This document shows, piece after piece, positions 37,721 to 52,340 of a DNA stretch of 64,000 bases. Under the pieces are notes generated by a model. It was given only the letters and a program-made list of their open reading frames with translations. It was not told where the DNA came from and ran no database searches. A program made the translations under genes and the position numbers. The stretch comes from Carcharhinus longimanus (lineage: Eukaryota): contig JASCQW010000137.1 in the NCBI GenBank assembly GCA_030264375.1, positions 23,721,453 to 23,785,452 of the forward strand, read 5' to 3'. The number at the start of each line of letters is the position of its first letter. Position 1 is the first letter of the stretch.

Positions 37721-39179
37721 AGTGAGCCAGGGAACAATTAGAGAGAGAAAAGGTGTGGGGGAATTAAAATAGCTGCAAACCCTGGACCATACCTGGAAAA
37801 ATATTATTGATTTTTGTGTGTGTGTGTTATTTAAATTAGGTTGCAGCAAAAAAAAGCCTTTTGTTGCCTTGAGGGGTTTTTTTTAGATTGAATAGACGAT
37901 GCTGTGATTTTTTTTTGGGGGGGGTGGGNNNNNNNNNNNNNNNNNNNNNNNNNNNNNNNNNNNNNNNNNNNNNNNNNNNNNNNNNNNNNNNNNNNNNNNN
38001 NNNNNNNNNNNNNNNNNNNNNNNNNNNNNNNNNNNNNNNNNNNNNNNNNNNNNNNNNNNNNNNNNNNNNNNNCCACTTTTCCAGCCTTTCCTTCCCCCCC
38101 CCCCCCAGTCCACTCCCCACTCTTTCTCTCGCCCACCAGCGTTTCTTCTTCTTTATTTACTCGCTTTTTTAAAAAAAATTTCTTTTCTTTTTTCCCCCCC
38201 CCCTACCTTTTATTTATTTTGGAGTTTGCCTCTTCCCCTGATTTTGTGAGAGCTGGGTTAGAAAAAGGGCGGGAGGAGGTGGGTGAGTTGTAAGGGGAGA
38301 GAGTGGTTGAGAGGGATTAGCACAAAGTTTTTTTTTGATTGGGGAGGGAGACAACAAATTCCACCTTTTTGGTCCCCACACAGTCGACAACTGAATTGTG
38401 TGCCGGTCAGCCACCACTTCGGGTGTAATGGGAGCACAATGGCTGGTAGCTGCTGATTTTTTTTAATATATATATATGGCATGGTTCACACACACACACA
38501 CCCCTCCACAGAGTCAATAATTAGCTTCAGTAATGCTGCAAGATGGCTGGTGATATGGACACTGGCTCAACTCTTGCTTATGAGCTCTGCTGGGGGAAAA
38601 ACACAGCTTTAGAGGATGGGTATTCCTCACGTTGGCTGATTTGGTTATTATAGCCCTGTCTGCGGAATTGGGTTGTACATTCTCAGAAATTGGCTGTTGT
38701 GAATACGTACCAGTATGCAAAACCTTGATGCACACTGCTATCCCGTACCACTGGATACCAGTTGTAATAGTATGGGTCCTTTTAAGCACAGCATGAATAT
38801 GTTGTTTTAAAAAAAAAAGTAGCTCAGGAAGGGATGGTAAACTATAGGTAACATTATCATTTTTATTAATTTTTTTGTAGAAGAAAATCTCTAGCTTATA
38901 GTACGCATGTGCAAAAGTAATGCATCCCTTGTAAATATTTTACTGCTCAAAGGTTTAAAATTCTGCATGTGCATCTACAGATTTATTATCTCATTTATTT
39001 TTCCCTTGAACTAATTCATTTCATGGGTTGGATAACTGCCATGCTGATCTCGTCAAGTCACAAAGCCATCAAGTGGAACAGTTCATGTGTAGAGATGGGA
39101 GCAAGAATTTATTCCATGCCTTATCGCATCTCAAAGTGCTTAGTATGCAATTAAGTAAATTACTTTACTGAAGCAGCCT

Positions 39180-39340
39180 TTTGTTATGTAGGTAAGTGTG
39201 CAGTCACTTAATGTATGACATGTTACAATCAGCAATGGGAAAAATGACCAGTTAACTTTTGGTTATTGGTTGAAGAAAGGATACTACTCATTACACAATA
39301 TGGGATCTTTACACCCACCTGAAGCACCAAGACAGGAAGA
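39180..39340 (-). mobile_element. Ancient DeuSINE (SacSINE1/AmnSINE1-like) fragment
   Basis: CAGCAATG..ATGACCAG..TTGGTTGA..ATGGGATCTTTACACCCACCTGA resembles the reverse Deu domain; similar pieces near 4400-4455 and 42690-42795. Confidence 0.5.
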
Positions 39341-42300
39341 TGGTGTGCAACCAGCCAAACTGGGCTGCAGAGGTATAAACTCGCATGAAGAATTGAGGGG
39401 GGAATGACGAAAGGAATGCGAGATTAATGGCAGAGAGGGGAATGACATAATCTGTCATTGTGAGCGACAAGTCTCCCTCATTCCTGTGTACCCAGTTCTC
39501 TCTAATAGTTATATATTTGCCAACTGATATTCACACACACACACTGTCATTGCTAAAATTCTGTTATTGCAGGCATTGAACCTTTGCAGCTTGAGGTCTG
39601 GGTTGTAGTGAAGGCTTTTTTTATAATCCGCAAGCTATTAGAATTTTAAATGTCTGGTGTTGGGTTGGAGTCTTTGCTTTAAATGAGGATGCCTAAATTG
39701 TGGGTGATGTCTTGTGCTGACAAAACCAGTCATTTTCTGTGTTTGGGAAGGGGAGTTGTTTATTGCTTTTGGTTGATCCAGAATATTAGATTTGTAGTAT
39801 GACGGATAGGGCATATCTCTGTTTAGTTTGAGCCCTATAATGAATTAAAATTCAAATAATTTGTTATCTGGAGTTTGCAATACTGATATATAGTAGTCAT
39901 ATATCCGAGCTCTAAAGAACAGTAACATTAAAACTGTTTTTGGGTTACTTTCACTGATTTGCATCGGAGCAACTGGCTCGCGACTGAAATAATGTTTGTG
40001 CTAGTTTCCTCAACTAAGCAGTTGCACGTCTATTGCGTTAATCAGGTCAATTATTGTGAGGAGGAGAGGTGGTTGTTTTATGTTCTGAAAATGTTAAAAT
40101 GTCCATATGTTAATGACTCCAAAAAATGTTTAACATTTGATCCATGCCTGTCTAAGTAAATGTGAAGTGATATCTGGCACCATCCAGTCATGTTTTGCTT
40201 TCAGCTGCTGTTCTAAGTGGTCCTACAGGAGATTGTACCACTTTGCAGTCTGCAGTGCAATTTTGGAAATCAAAAATTGTATAACCCATGCTGCTTACAG
40301 ACGCAGCACTGTTTGCCAAGTCACTAGTAGTGAGATGTCATCTCATGTTGGCGTGTAGGCAGGATTTTATCCATGACCTCTATTCAAGTTAGCCCATCTC
40401 AGCCAAGAGGAGACTGGATGGGTGAGCTACTCAGTCATGTGCATAGGTGCCACCACCTGGTTCCATAACTACATCCATGGAGCAGGACTAACAGGTCATT
40501 TTTGTGCAATTGTGTGTGGACCAAACAGTAGTAAAGAAGTTGACAACAAATACTAACAGGTGTGATATCTTACTACTTATCTAGAAGTTGGAAATGTGAG
40601 TGGTTTTCGAGGGCCTTAACTTGGAGTATTTTCCATTCATTAGTTCATTCATGCTGTCATGATCTAAATATGTTTAAATGCAAAAATCTGTTTGTGGACA
40701 CCATGCTGCAAAATTAATTTGCAACCCAAGAAGCTTTATTTCCATTCTTGGAAAAATGATTAAAGTTCGTAGTACATTTCAGATTTCTGTCTTGCTGCAT
40801 GTGTGAAACAGCATGTCTATAAAAATCTGGAATTAAAAGCTAATGTTAGTAATGGTGACCATGAAATTATCATTGATTGTCATAAGACCCCACTTGGTTC
40901 ACTGAAGCCTTTTGGGAAGGAAACCCGTCACCCTTACCTATATGTGATTCCAGACCCACAGCAATTTGCTTGATTCTAGGATGATTAGGGACAGACAACA
41001 AATGCTGGCCTTCCCAGCGATACTCGAATCACAAAAAAGAATGTTTAAAAATGCATTTATACAGCAGTGTATAATATTGTTCTCTATATTTGCTCATGCT
41101 ATACGAAGTATACCATATATACCATGCACTCAGCTGAGATAATGAGTTGGCACACTTTTTTTTCTGTTTGTTCAGGTCAGTGTGAATGCATAATTGGAAA
41201 TGATTCCTGTGATATGATCATGTCTCCTACAGTGGACTGCAGTAGCAGTGTTCATTTATCTGAAAAGTGATTAAAAATTAAATTCCAAGAAGGGAAAAAC
41301 AGCTCTGCATGATCACAAGATGCTAAGGTGAAAACAGTACATTTATAAATCTTAAGTCTTCCCTGTCCTGGCAGTGAACAGCTATTTGGAAAAAGCCTCA
41401 TGACGCCAGAGCATCAACTTGGAGCTTTAATTAGCTAAAAAGAATAATTACAAATGCTGGAATTTTGAAATGAAAGCAGAAAATATGTACAGGAGATTTG
41501 TCAGTATTTGAAAAGACAAAAAAAGGTAATGTTCTGGGTGTAGAACTTTCAGTAGAATTCATCATCTGAATTGCTTTGTACATTTTGGTGTAAAGCATCT
41601 ATAATTATGATAGTGTTTCTCTGCAGATGGTTCCCAAGGCTGATGCTTGTTCAACTTCAATGGGGCACCTGCTGGTTCTGCTAAATCTGGGAATTGGAAG
41701 ACCAGCTTTTTACTAGGTTTTCCCGTTAGCTGGATTTATCTTGGAGTGGTTAATGAAGATGTTCCTGGGTTGTGAGAATCATGCAAGAGCTCTATTGATT
41801 GATGCTAGTTATAAAAGGTGAATAAAGGTAGCAGAGGGCAGACTTTTGGCCATGATTTTATAATTGATGGACTTCTATTGTCCCCAGTTATGAATTCTAC
41901 TAAAGTCATTGAAGGGAATATTTGTAAAATTTCAGATGTATGTCACCTGCTGCTGCTAGAGAATTGTAAAATATGCTGTTGTATCTTCAGCAAGGACAGC
42001 AAAACTCTTTGACCAAACTGTCCCAAGTTGTGCTGTTATACCAAGGCTCGAACTAATGGATTGGAATGGATCCTTCAGAGATTCATCTCTGCAACTGCAG
42101 AAAATAAAACAGCTGTTTTACTCCTTCCTTTTGCTTTTGCTGGTGGTTGCTGGGATCTGGAATGGAGGCTGTAGTATTTGCTAAATTGAACTTTATTTCC
42201 ATTTTGCATGTTTTGTTTGTGAAGTAATGTTAAAAACTGAACTGGAGTACAGTTTCTAGACTTTTAGGCTATTTTATAATCATCTTTTGCATTCTTCACA

Positions 42301-44689
42301 AATAACTTCTTAACCTCAAACTACATATTTCTTTTACCACCTTCCAACCATTGCTTCCTTATTTCATTCTTAACAAAATCATCTGTCTAAGAGCGCTGCA
42401 CTTTTATCATATTCCCTGCTTCAGCCGAGAGAGTAGAATGGGTGCTGTCAAGTTGGTGATCACTTAATCATGCAACGCGCCAGTAGGGAAACTGTTCTAT
42501 ATGTGGTTTGTTACATTTTTCTGTATGCCATTGTGGCACCAGTGTTCCATCATTTTACCATAAGATGGTGCATGGATCCAAGTTTTATCATGTCAATGGC
42601 TGAACATGGTTTGGAGAATGACTGATTACCTTTCAAAATGCTGTGACTATTGTTTGTTAAATGTTGCAGCATTTCTGTATCCAAGTTTTAACAGATCAAG
42701 TGTTCAATTTGGGTTGGTTAAAAGAAGATGTTGGCTGGAAGCCAGAGGAAACTCCCTGCTCTTTCAGTAGTGCCAGTGACTGTCCATTTGAACTACATTG
42801 GCATGGTTTGTTTATTTATGAGGGAGCTCTGTAGGGTTGGCTGTTGTTGAATTGGAGGAGGTGCTGTTTTATAAAAATGAGGAGGAAGTTTATTGGAAGG
42901 CATACCATAGCAGTTTCTTTTTGTGATCTTTGTAACGGGGTTTTAAAAAATAATTTTAATTGGGTGCACAATATGTATTAATGTCTGTATTGCGGTTTAC
43001 TTTGAATTGGAAGAAAATAGACAAAATAGTTGTTGCTTTTGGTGGGTTACCTGTAAGGGTTCCAATACGGTTTTCAGTATTCCCAGTTAGAAAGGAAAAA
43101 CAATTGGGATTTGCACTTCTTGCCACTTGCCAATGACCTTGGTGGCAGGTGAGAAAAGATTGTACTCCAAATTGATATTCAACCTCATTGACTGCTGTGC
43201 CAACCCTGCATGTGTAGGCTTGTGTACAAAGAATGGTCACTTGGGTAAAGCACTGGGTTGCCAGTACCCGTGAAACCATTTTTCCACAGTCTGTGCCTTC
43301 AGAAGACAAAAGGGGGAAAATCTTACAATAAAATCTTAAAATTTTAATTGATTTTATGTCTAGATGTTAACCTGCATTATTTAAAATTGCTTTGTTGGGA
43401 GGGGACTATTCAGTGTGCCTTCTCATCTATTTTATGGAACCTCTATAAGTGCTGATGAAGGGGATGTATGTGGTGTCATGGTATATGAGCTACCAAGATG
43501 ACAAATTGGGTATCCGAGAAAAGCTTTGTTATCAACTGCTGCATTCAGCTGAGCTCTCTTTTTGCTGGTGAATTACATTTTGGATTCCTGTGTGTGCGTA
43601 TGTTTCCTCCCCGTTAATCATTACATCATCACTAACCAATGAGGAGTGTCTTGAGAAATATAAGGTGGTGAGCTCTGCTTGGAATGTGCTATCTCAACTT
43701 ACAGATGATGTAGCTTTCTGACAAAGAATTGGGGCTTTTGGTTACTTAGCAACATTAATTGTTTGATGGTTTGCACCTTCAGAATGTGGGGGTTTAATTC
43801 TGTGATGGGCAGGTTATTTAAAATGCTGCATCGCCGTTCTTTGTAAAATGTTTCGATGTTAAATATATATAGTGTAGCACTGCAGAATTAATTGTATTTG
43901 ACAAAAGAAGCATTGTCTTGCAAACAGGATCATTTTGGTCAGTGATGTGATAGGTATTTGATGTGAATTACATTGTTTTGTGCCAAGTATTTGACAAACA
44001 AGGTTTACCAAGTATTTCTTTGAAGTCTACTTTCAACAACAATTCTGTAATCTCTGCCTCCTCCTCCCTATCTACCAATTTTGTGGTTAAAAAAATGGAA
44101 CAGGGATGTGATATGAGTAATTACATTTTTTTATATAAAACATTGGAGTATTATAGGTGCCACTCCCTGGCTTTTTTTTAAGATTGTTCCATTTTGAGCT
44201 CTGTTTGCATTTGTATTTCATGAAGGCAGCTGTACTGTTGTAATAGCTTCAAAATGCTATCATATTCTGATTAAATTCCCAGGAACTACTTTTTCTATAG
44301 AATTGTGTATAGAAATAGCTGCTAGTTTGCTTTGTTTCAAACATTATAAGCACATCTAGTTTGATGGGCACATCTTATATTTAGCTAGTAACGTGTATTT
44401 TTTTAAATTCTAGTGTTTTGTGGATTGTGTTATGTGAATCCATCCATTTGCACTTACGGTAATTGCATTTATTCAGTCACTATAAAACAATTTAATTGTT
44501 CTAGATTATTTTCATTGGACTTTGAAAGGTGTATTTGAGATTTGTCCTCTTTTTCCTGTGAAGTCACAAATAGTAGGCCTTGGTTGTGAGGAATTTCTGC
44601 TTTACGACACAGTCCACTATCAGCTTGTTTGAGATTTGTGTTTAGAACTCGACTCTTTCATCAATTCTTGGACCTGGATGAAGCATGAG

Positions 44690-45345
44690 GTGTTGTGATG
44701 CAAATATTGTGATATAGATTGAGTGACTGGGTAAAAACCTGGCAAATGGAGTTTTTTAATCTGGGGATCTGAAAGGTCAGGCACTTTGGGAAGAATCACA
44801 AGTCAGATTATTATCTGAATGGAAAGAGAAGTAAGTGAAATACTGAGGAATCTAAGTGTTCTAATGCATGAATCATAAAAAGCTAGCAAGGAGGTCTAAC
44901 AGTTAGTTTAGAAGGCAAATGTCATTTTGGCCTTTATTGCAAAGAGATTGGAGTTGAAAAATAGGGAGGTTTTGCAATTGTACAGGCTGCAGGTAAGGCC
45001 TCAACTGGAAAATTGTGTACAGTTTTGGTCCCCTTACCAAAAAAAAAGTAAGGGGGGGGCTTGACAGGGTAGATGGTGAAATGTTTTCACTGGTGGGAGA
45101 GCCTTGAACAGGGGAACATAGCTACAAGTAAAAGGCTGATCATTTAAGGTTGTAGAAATTTCTTTTTGCAGAGGGTGGTAACTCTCTGGAATTCTCTGCC
45201 CCAAAGGATGTTGGAGGTGGATAGATCGAGGAATAGAGGGCTATGGCGAAATGGCACAGGAAAGGAGCTGAGGCTGGCATAGATTGGGGTAGCCTTGAAG
45301 GGCCTAGTGGCTACTCCAGCTTCTATTTCTTGTGCTGTTATGTAC
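44690..45345 (+). mobile_element. CR1 LINE 3' region with internal deletions
   Basis: DRLSDWVKTWQMEF, CVQFWSPY and a CR1-type tail. Confidence 0.8.
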
Positions 45346-45865
45346 CCTGCCTTAGGAGGTGAGGCAACAGCCAGATGACAGAATTAAGTGATTATGACCA
45401 GCACTGTTTGCCATTTGGACCACCATTTTATTCTGGAAATAACATTGCCAGAATGATCAGTCACAAGCAGGCTGTCATGGTGCATAGTGACTGTCTGTGG
45501 TGTATTATCATATGCATACGTTATTTTGTTGTCGCCAGTGCTATCTGGAATCAGGAGGTTGTCATTTTACAGAATCAGTACTGTTCAAAAATGCGCACTA
45601 ATTGCTTTTAATTTGACAGTCTCACTTTGAGCCTTAAGGATGGGGAGTGTGGGAACCAGCAATACGATGGGGGCTGGGGGGAGAGGAAGGTTGAATCAAT
45701 TAAGAGTGCATCAGAAAACTGTAGAAGAACGGTTGCATTTATTCTGTGCAGTTGCTGAATGCAAAGGGCTTAACATGTTTGAGTATTGCCCCTTGTTGAT
45801 ACCACCTGTGGCCTTTATGAATGCACTGACCAACAGAAAGGCACTCGCAGATATAAGTTAAGTCG

Positions 45866-48800
45866 TGTAATGCAAGATTTGAACATTTTATTATATTGCC
45901 CTTTCTGCTGCTCTATCTTGGAATTGTACATTAGTTCAATAACGACTGTCTTCAGTTGAACATGCAGGAACATGGTGACAGGGCTGAGGTGAAATTTTCT
46001 TTCGCATTCTATTTGAGAAATTAAGGATTGAACATTGTAATACGCTTCTAGCATTCCAAACTTGATTCTGAGGAAGACTGAGCAATTTTAAAGATTTTGT
46101 GGACACATTGTGTTCAGGTACACAATACATCAGCATCTGTAATTGGGGAAAAAAAATGACGCTGAAGACATGTTTGGTAAAGTTTCACCCCTAACAAAGA
46201 GGACTGGTGTAATTGTGAACATTTAGTCTGAATGCAAATAAAATAACGGAATGAAGTAAAGGTGTTCCCCAGCATGATGGGACCAGATGCTTTTGAGGTG
46301 GTGTAACCTGTGAGATCGGAATAAGAGATTCTGGACTCAATGTGGCATGACTAAGAATGAGATTTGCACGAAGTTGCAATCCCAGGAAAGGAAGCAGTTT
46401 CCAAGTGAGACTATTGCAGATTAAATTCTCAGATTCAAGAAACTTTCACATCACTGGATATGGTGATTTAGACTTAGAAATCAACCCAAGAGACATGTAG
46501 GAGGCTAGTTAAATCCAGGCAAAGCTTTTGAGCAAAGGCAATAAGCTGATGTGAGAGGAGGCCATCAATGAGATCAGAGCCATAGAAATGGCAAAAAGAG
46601 ATAATTGCAAGGGAGCTCTTTCCCTGAGTTGGCAGGGAAGGTCCACCAGATTTCAGCAAGGTCGAGGTCACAAGAACCGAGTTCACAGTCCAAAAGAGAT
46701 TTAGATGCTACTACTGCCATCGACCATTTAAATGCTCCCCATTTCCAGACCAAAATGCTATGCCTGTGGGAAAGTCAGTCAATTATTATTAGCAGGAGTG
46801 GAGGAAGCAGCCATGCACCAAGTCAATGTGATAAATTTAAACCTGGAAGTCCTCATTGTGCATTGATATGGAAATGTAAGTTGGTGTTATTGAGCAGTCA
46901 TATTCAGAGAACATGAAAAACACAATACATGGAAGTTGAGAGCAATCAGGCTGAAGGTATAATTCCAACATCCACAGTAAAAATGGAAGTCAGACATTCA
47001 GAACTTGCTTTTATCATTGATATAGCTGCAACAGTGTCTGATACCTCAAGGAAAATACCAGAAGTCCCTAAATAACACTATCTTTTGCAAAACTGGTATG
47101 AAATGGACCAGTTATTCCAGTTAGGTATGGTTAATGTTGGGAGTGGAATATGATGTTACAGCGTTACTTGCCATTGGTTGTGGTAGAAGAAAACAAAGCC
47201 TCTGTGTTGGGAAGGAACTGGCTGAAGACAATATGAATAAAGTGGGCCGAGTTACTTTATAGTAGAATTCAAGAAGAATATGTCTGACATTGAAAAAATG
47301 TCAAAAGAAATGGTCTTTGAGAGCAAGGAGAACCAAATGATAAAATTAGCAATCAATTAAGATATTAAATATTATAAGTCAGATTGTGTAAATGTGGACA
47401 TTCTTGCAAGATTTCCTGTGAAACCTGGTTCACTTTTAGCCACTGAGTTATCTGATTTGCTTTACGTAACACAAATGTTATTCCAATGTCTAACAGAGAA
47501 ATTAGTGACAAAACTCAAGAATATGATGCTTGATTATGCCATCGAGTGGGTTGCTGAAAAAGAAATTTCAGGAATATTTCACTTGTGAATGTAGGTCAAT
47601 TGTATTTGCTGTGGGGTTTGAGTTATTATTCTGCCAAGATTTAAAGAGAGTTTGCTAGAAGAACTTCCATGAAAAGCACACCAACGTCCATGCAAAAGCA
47701 GTAGCTAGAGCTGCCTTTGTGTGCCTTGATGAGAAATAGTCCAACCAAGATTCTCTTCTAGTCCATGTGAAAGCAGTATCAAGAGCTGCTTTTGGTGTCC
47801 AAAGAGAGACTGAGATATTGAAGAGTTAGTGAAAAGTTGTGACGTGTCTTGATGAGAAATGATCCAACCAAGGTTCTTTTCATTCCATGTCAAACACAAG
47901 GAAGATGTGGGAATGAGCAGTTGCTTTCTTAAGGGAAAGCATATCATGTTTTGATCTATAGCTATAGCAAGTGGATAACTGAGTCCATACCTAATACCGT
48001 GACTTAAGGTTTTAAGAGGTTGGCTTGCTATTTATGGATTGCCAGAGGTGTTGATGTCAGGTAATTGTCTACAGTTTACATCAAAAGAGAAATTTTGATG
48101 TTAGAATGGAGTCAAACACATTAATATCACGTATCAGTCAGCATCAAATAGTACTGCAGAAATAAGTGCATGAAATTGAGGTCTTTGCCGAAATATTTAC
48201 TAGCTCTAAAGCTAGGCATTAATTTCCAAGTTTCTCTTTGATAGTCTAGACAAATTTTTGTGACAGAATAACCTGACAATTTACAACAGGTTTCTCATCT
48301 TACGAGTTGGTGTTTAAACAGGCTCCTAAGACGAGGTTTAGTTTGCTTAATCCTGAGGTCAATGGCAAAATAAGAGAAAAAGATAAAACCAGGCATGAAA
48401 CTAGAGAGTTGAGTGCTGGTCAGAAGATTGTGATGCTGTTAACTAAAGTGATGAGAAGTATGTGATTGGAGTTGTTTTATAGACTAGGTGCTTTTACATC
48501 TCGTGAAGATTGGAGAGTGACTCGGAGTGTCACGTAGATCATTTGCTTGAAAGAGAAAGTATGAAGAGGGGAGGAGCAGAGGAACCCTTCTAAATTGAAA
48601 TTTCTTTTACAGCCCAAAGAGAGAGTCAGAAAGAAATTGAAAGCCAAAAAGAAACTGGAAGTTAGCTGGTATTGCACAGGAAAGTGAGTCAGGTATTTGA
48701 TTGAGACAAATTAATGTCACAGCTTCAACCATTAAATGGAGTTGATATTCAAAGTTCAAATTTGATACGGCAAGTTGTTTAGAGAGCATGGTCAAGCTAA

Positions 48801-49221
48801 TGGAAATGGAAAAAGAGTCCAGCCAGAGAGAATCCAGATAAGTGAATTGAAAGGATGAAGAAATGTTTAACAAAAATATTTAAAAAGAACATGTACTGAT
48901 GTTAAGGAAAAACATTTTTATTTACATGTAAATTACTCCAGTAATTTTGGTCACGTGTTTTGGTTGTGATGATCGAAACAAGCACTCAAATGGGTTAAAT
49001 TTCATGGAATGTTTATGTTAGTTTAATCCTACTATATCTAGAAATTAAGCACATATACCATTTTTGCCTTTTTTTAAGTGGGGACGGAGTGTGGAATATT
49101 GCAAGATGTGTGCATTTTGTAATATTGCCCTCTCTGCTGCCCTTCCTGTGGAGAAGGTGTGAATACAGGTCAATAATTGCTGTCAGGAGCAGAGCATATG
49201 TTCACCTTAATGCAGTATACA
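45866..49221 (+). mobile_element. Internally deleted, decayed Gypsy/Ty3 LTR retrotransposon in RAC3 intron 1
   Basis: Related short LTRs at 45866-45972 and ~49090-49221 (TG..CA, shared TGCAAGAT..CATTTT..ATATTGCCCT.TCTGCTGC); TGGTGACA PBS-like site after the 5' LTR; purine tract before the 3' LTR; gag knuckle remnant CYACGK, protease remnants FIIDIAATVS and VLGRNWL, integrase YGLPEVLMSGNCLQFTSKE..NGVKH..YQSASNSTAE. Confidence 0.8.
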
Positions 49222-52051
49222 ACAAATAGCTTGCTTTTTGTTTAATGTCTGATTTATTGACAAGCCATCCATTTACCCTGTCTGACATTTGTTGTAGAAT
49301 AAATCAGGTTACTATTCCACTCTCCACAACTCTACCACTATAGCTAGTGACTATTTTCTCATATTTAAATTAAATAAAAACACTTCTAATTTCAGGTGGA
49401 AACAAATCTGGTCCAATACGTGTGAAATATTTTGAACATCATTAAATTCTATGTTAACAAAAAGACACCCAGCTCCCACGTATGAATCAGTGTTTTTGAA
49501 ATTGAATCCCTTAAGTTAATGTTTGTACGGGATAATTATTCAGGTTCTGGTGAAGCATTATATCTGATTTGTCACTTCTCTGTAGATGGTCTATTGACAG
49601 GTTATGATAATACAAAAAGCAGATTTAAAGAAATCACTTTCTCCCTCTTCGATTAGGAAACATTTTTGCCTGTGTTTCCTGGCAAAATTTTTAAGCATCT
49701 TTTTTCCTTGCACCTTACATCCTTCTGGACTTCTACTGGAGTAGAACTGCACTGGTACTGAACCTCACCCAAGTAAACATTATTGCAAATGGCAGTTTAT
49801 TCAACTGCTGGAGTACACAGCTGAGCTGAATCCTGCTTTCTTATCAACAGCCATACAAATGAATATTTTGTAGCTGGATAGCTGTTAGAAATGTTGCATG
49901 TTTATACATAGAATCTAATTCGGCAAAGATGAGCAGTCAAGTTCAGGCTTCCAGTTGGAACGCCTCAGTACGTTTAGCCACAGTAGTAGCTATAATAGTT
50001 GTATTTTTTAACTTTTTGGCACACATCTGTCTGCTAGTTTATTAATAATAAGCCATTTTACCTTGACGTCAGTGGCATGTTAGTGTCACTACTTCTCAAA
50101 GTGCTGATTTTATGCAAGCCTGCCACAATTTAGATGTAATATTACCATGTCTTGCTAGATCATGCATCCTGGACCACCGCACCCCAACCTAGTCTTAGCA
50201 ACTAGCCACCTGCTAATGTTACATTTGGTTTGCAGTTGGTTACACAAAATCTGTGGATGTAGGAATGTTCCACTGAGTGTGCAACCATGAATAGTAGTAA
50301 AGCAGAAAACGCTGGAAAAATTCAACAAGATGATCAAAGTGCCTTCCACACACAGCTTCATACTGCTTTCTTCACCTGGAATTCAAGAACTGGTTTTTAT
50401 TCCATTAAGTTTGAACGGATTCCAAACCTTCTTTCCAGCTGAATTGAATCAATTCTGCGGCTTTATGTTGAGAATACAATAAACAATGACCAAAACCTGC
50501 ATTTCAATGCCCGTGCCGCTGACCCCAAGATAAAAGGACCATTTAAAGTGGCTTCAGGAAATATTTGACTCCGTTGATTCTCAAGGAACAATAAATGATG
50601 GGCGAAGTGCATTTACCAATCTCTAAACCATGCGATATAATTGGTGGTATCATATTTGTCAAAGGGTTTTCCAGCAATGTAGTGATGGAATAGTTTGACT
50701 GAGATGCGTTTGCAATACTGGAATGCCAGAGTTCCAAGTTGGGACTGCACGTCGCCGCAATTTGAAGTCCTCAGTGGATTATATGTGAACTACTAATGAA
50801 ATGTGTGAGACAGCTTTTCCTTATCTGGAGATTGTGAGATTAACTTGCTCTTTTTAATAGAGTATTTAAATATTAATTTTAAACTCAAATGCTTTCTAAA
50901 GTAAACCTTACTTTTAAATTGGCTGAAAGTCCATATCAATGCAAGTTGCAATCCTCTGCATGAAGATCTCTCTTTGATGTCTTCATGCATTTTGTATGGA
51001 AGAATCTGGTGTTCCTACAACAGTGCTTGTGTGTAATTTGCTTACTGATGATTCCTTGGTTTAAAAAAAAATCCAAAGGAAACTTAATTACTGGGTGCAA
51101 AGCTTCACTGAGCACTTGTGTATGATCACATCTGGTTAGAGAAGGGGTTAGGTGTCAGTCACAAGCTGAGTTGTAGACCTACATTCGCAGGAGATCAGCT
51201 GGACAACCATAAAAACAGGGCATTGCATAAAGCCAAAATATTTTGCATCAAATCAAACAGCATTTCAGAGTGTGAGAATTGAAGGATAAACTTGTCAACT
51301 CTCTGACTCCATTTCAACCCATTCCAATATTGCACAAAACCATCACCACCATTTCTGTACGTCTGTAAATTATGCAAGTAAGGTTCTGGGTTACAAAGCC
51401 AAGGTTTTTCTACATTCATTCTCCATGTTTGGTATCAGGTTTTAATCTTTCGGACAACGCTTTGGGTAAGAAATAGATGTTTTTTTCTAAATCAATCAGT
51501 GGATTTTCCTCCAGTGGTCTTGATTTTTGCATTGTGTAAGAATAATTGTGCTGAATCCCAGTATTTCGTACAGGAATGATGACTGAATTTTTATAGATAA
51601 TGATTTTTTTAAATGCTCCTACAAATTGTTAATATTTAGATTGTAGACAATAGGTGGGAATGCTGGTCGAATGATGAAATTCCTGCAATATTCATGTACA
51701 ATTAACATATACTAAAATGAAGGATAGCAAGCATCAGAGATGAAGCTTGGATTTAGAGGTGGGGTGCTGATGGGCAACTCAGTGGGACACCTGATTGCGC
51801 TTAACAATTCAGTCATTGATTTGGTGCTTATTTTGTTTCCATTGCTCAAAACTTTAAGCCATGGAAATTCAGCACAGTAACTAATAAATCTGGTCAGAAC
51901 TCTGTCCATTTAATTATATCTTTCATTTTCAAACAATATGGATTTTGTGGGTTAGTAAATGTGAAAGCTGCTTGATTGTATTGAGTTTGTGTATCCACTT
52001 TAGCGCAAATTTAGACTCCTATAGATTGTTTTACATTGTTATTAATGCTAA

Positions 52052-52141
<90 letters not shown>

Positions 52142-52222
52142 TAAGTATTTGGTGTAGATTTTTCAAAACTCTTGAGCTGTTTAGAATTCAACGATCAAAA
52201 ATATAATGTTTTAATTTTGTAG

Positions 52223-52340
52223 ATTTGACAACTATTCAGCTAATGTTATGGTAGATGGGAAACCAGTGAATTTAGGACTCTGGGACACAGCAGGTCAAGA
52301 AGATTATGACCGACTCCGACCCCTCTCTTACCCACAGACG
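52223..52340 (+). CDS. RAC3: RAC3 exon 3 (switch II)
   Basis: TGTAG acceptor, GTATGT donor; 118 nt; [39 protein letters not shown]. Confidence 0.97.
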
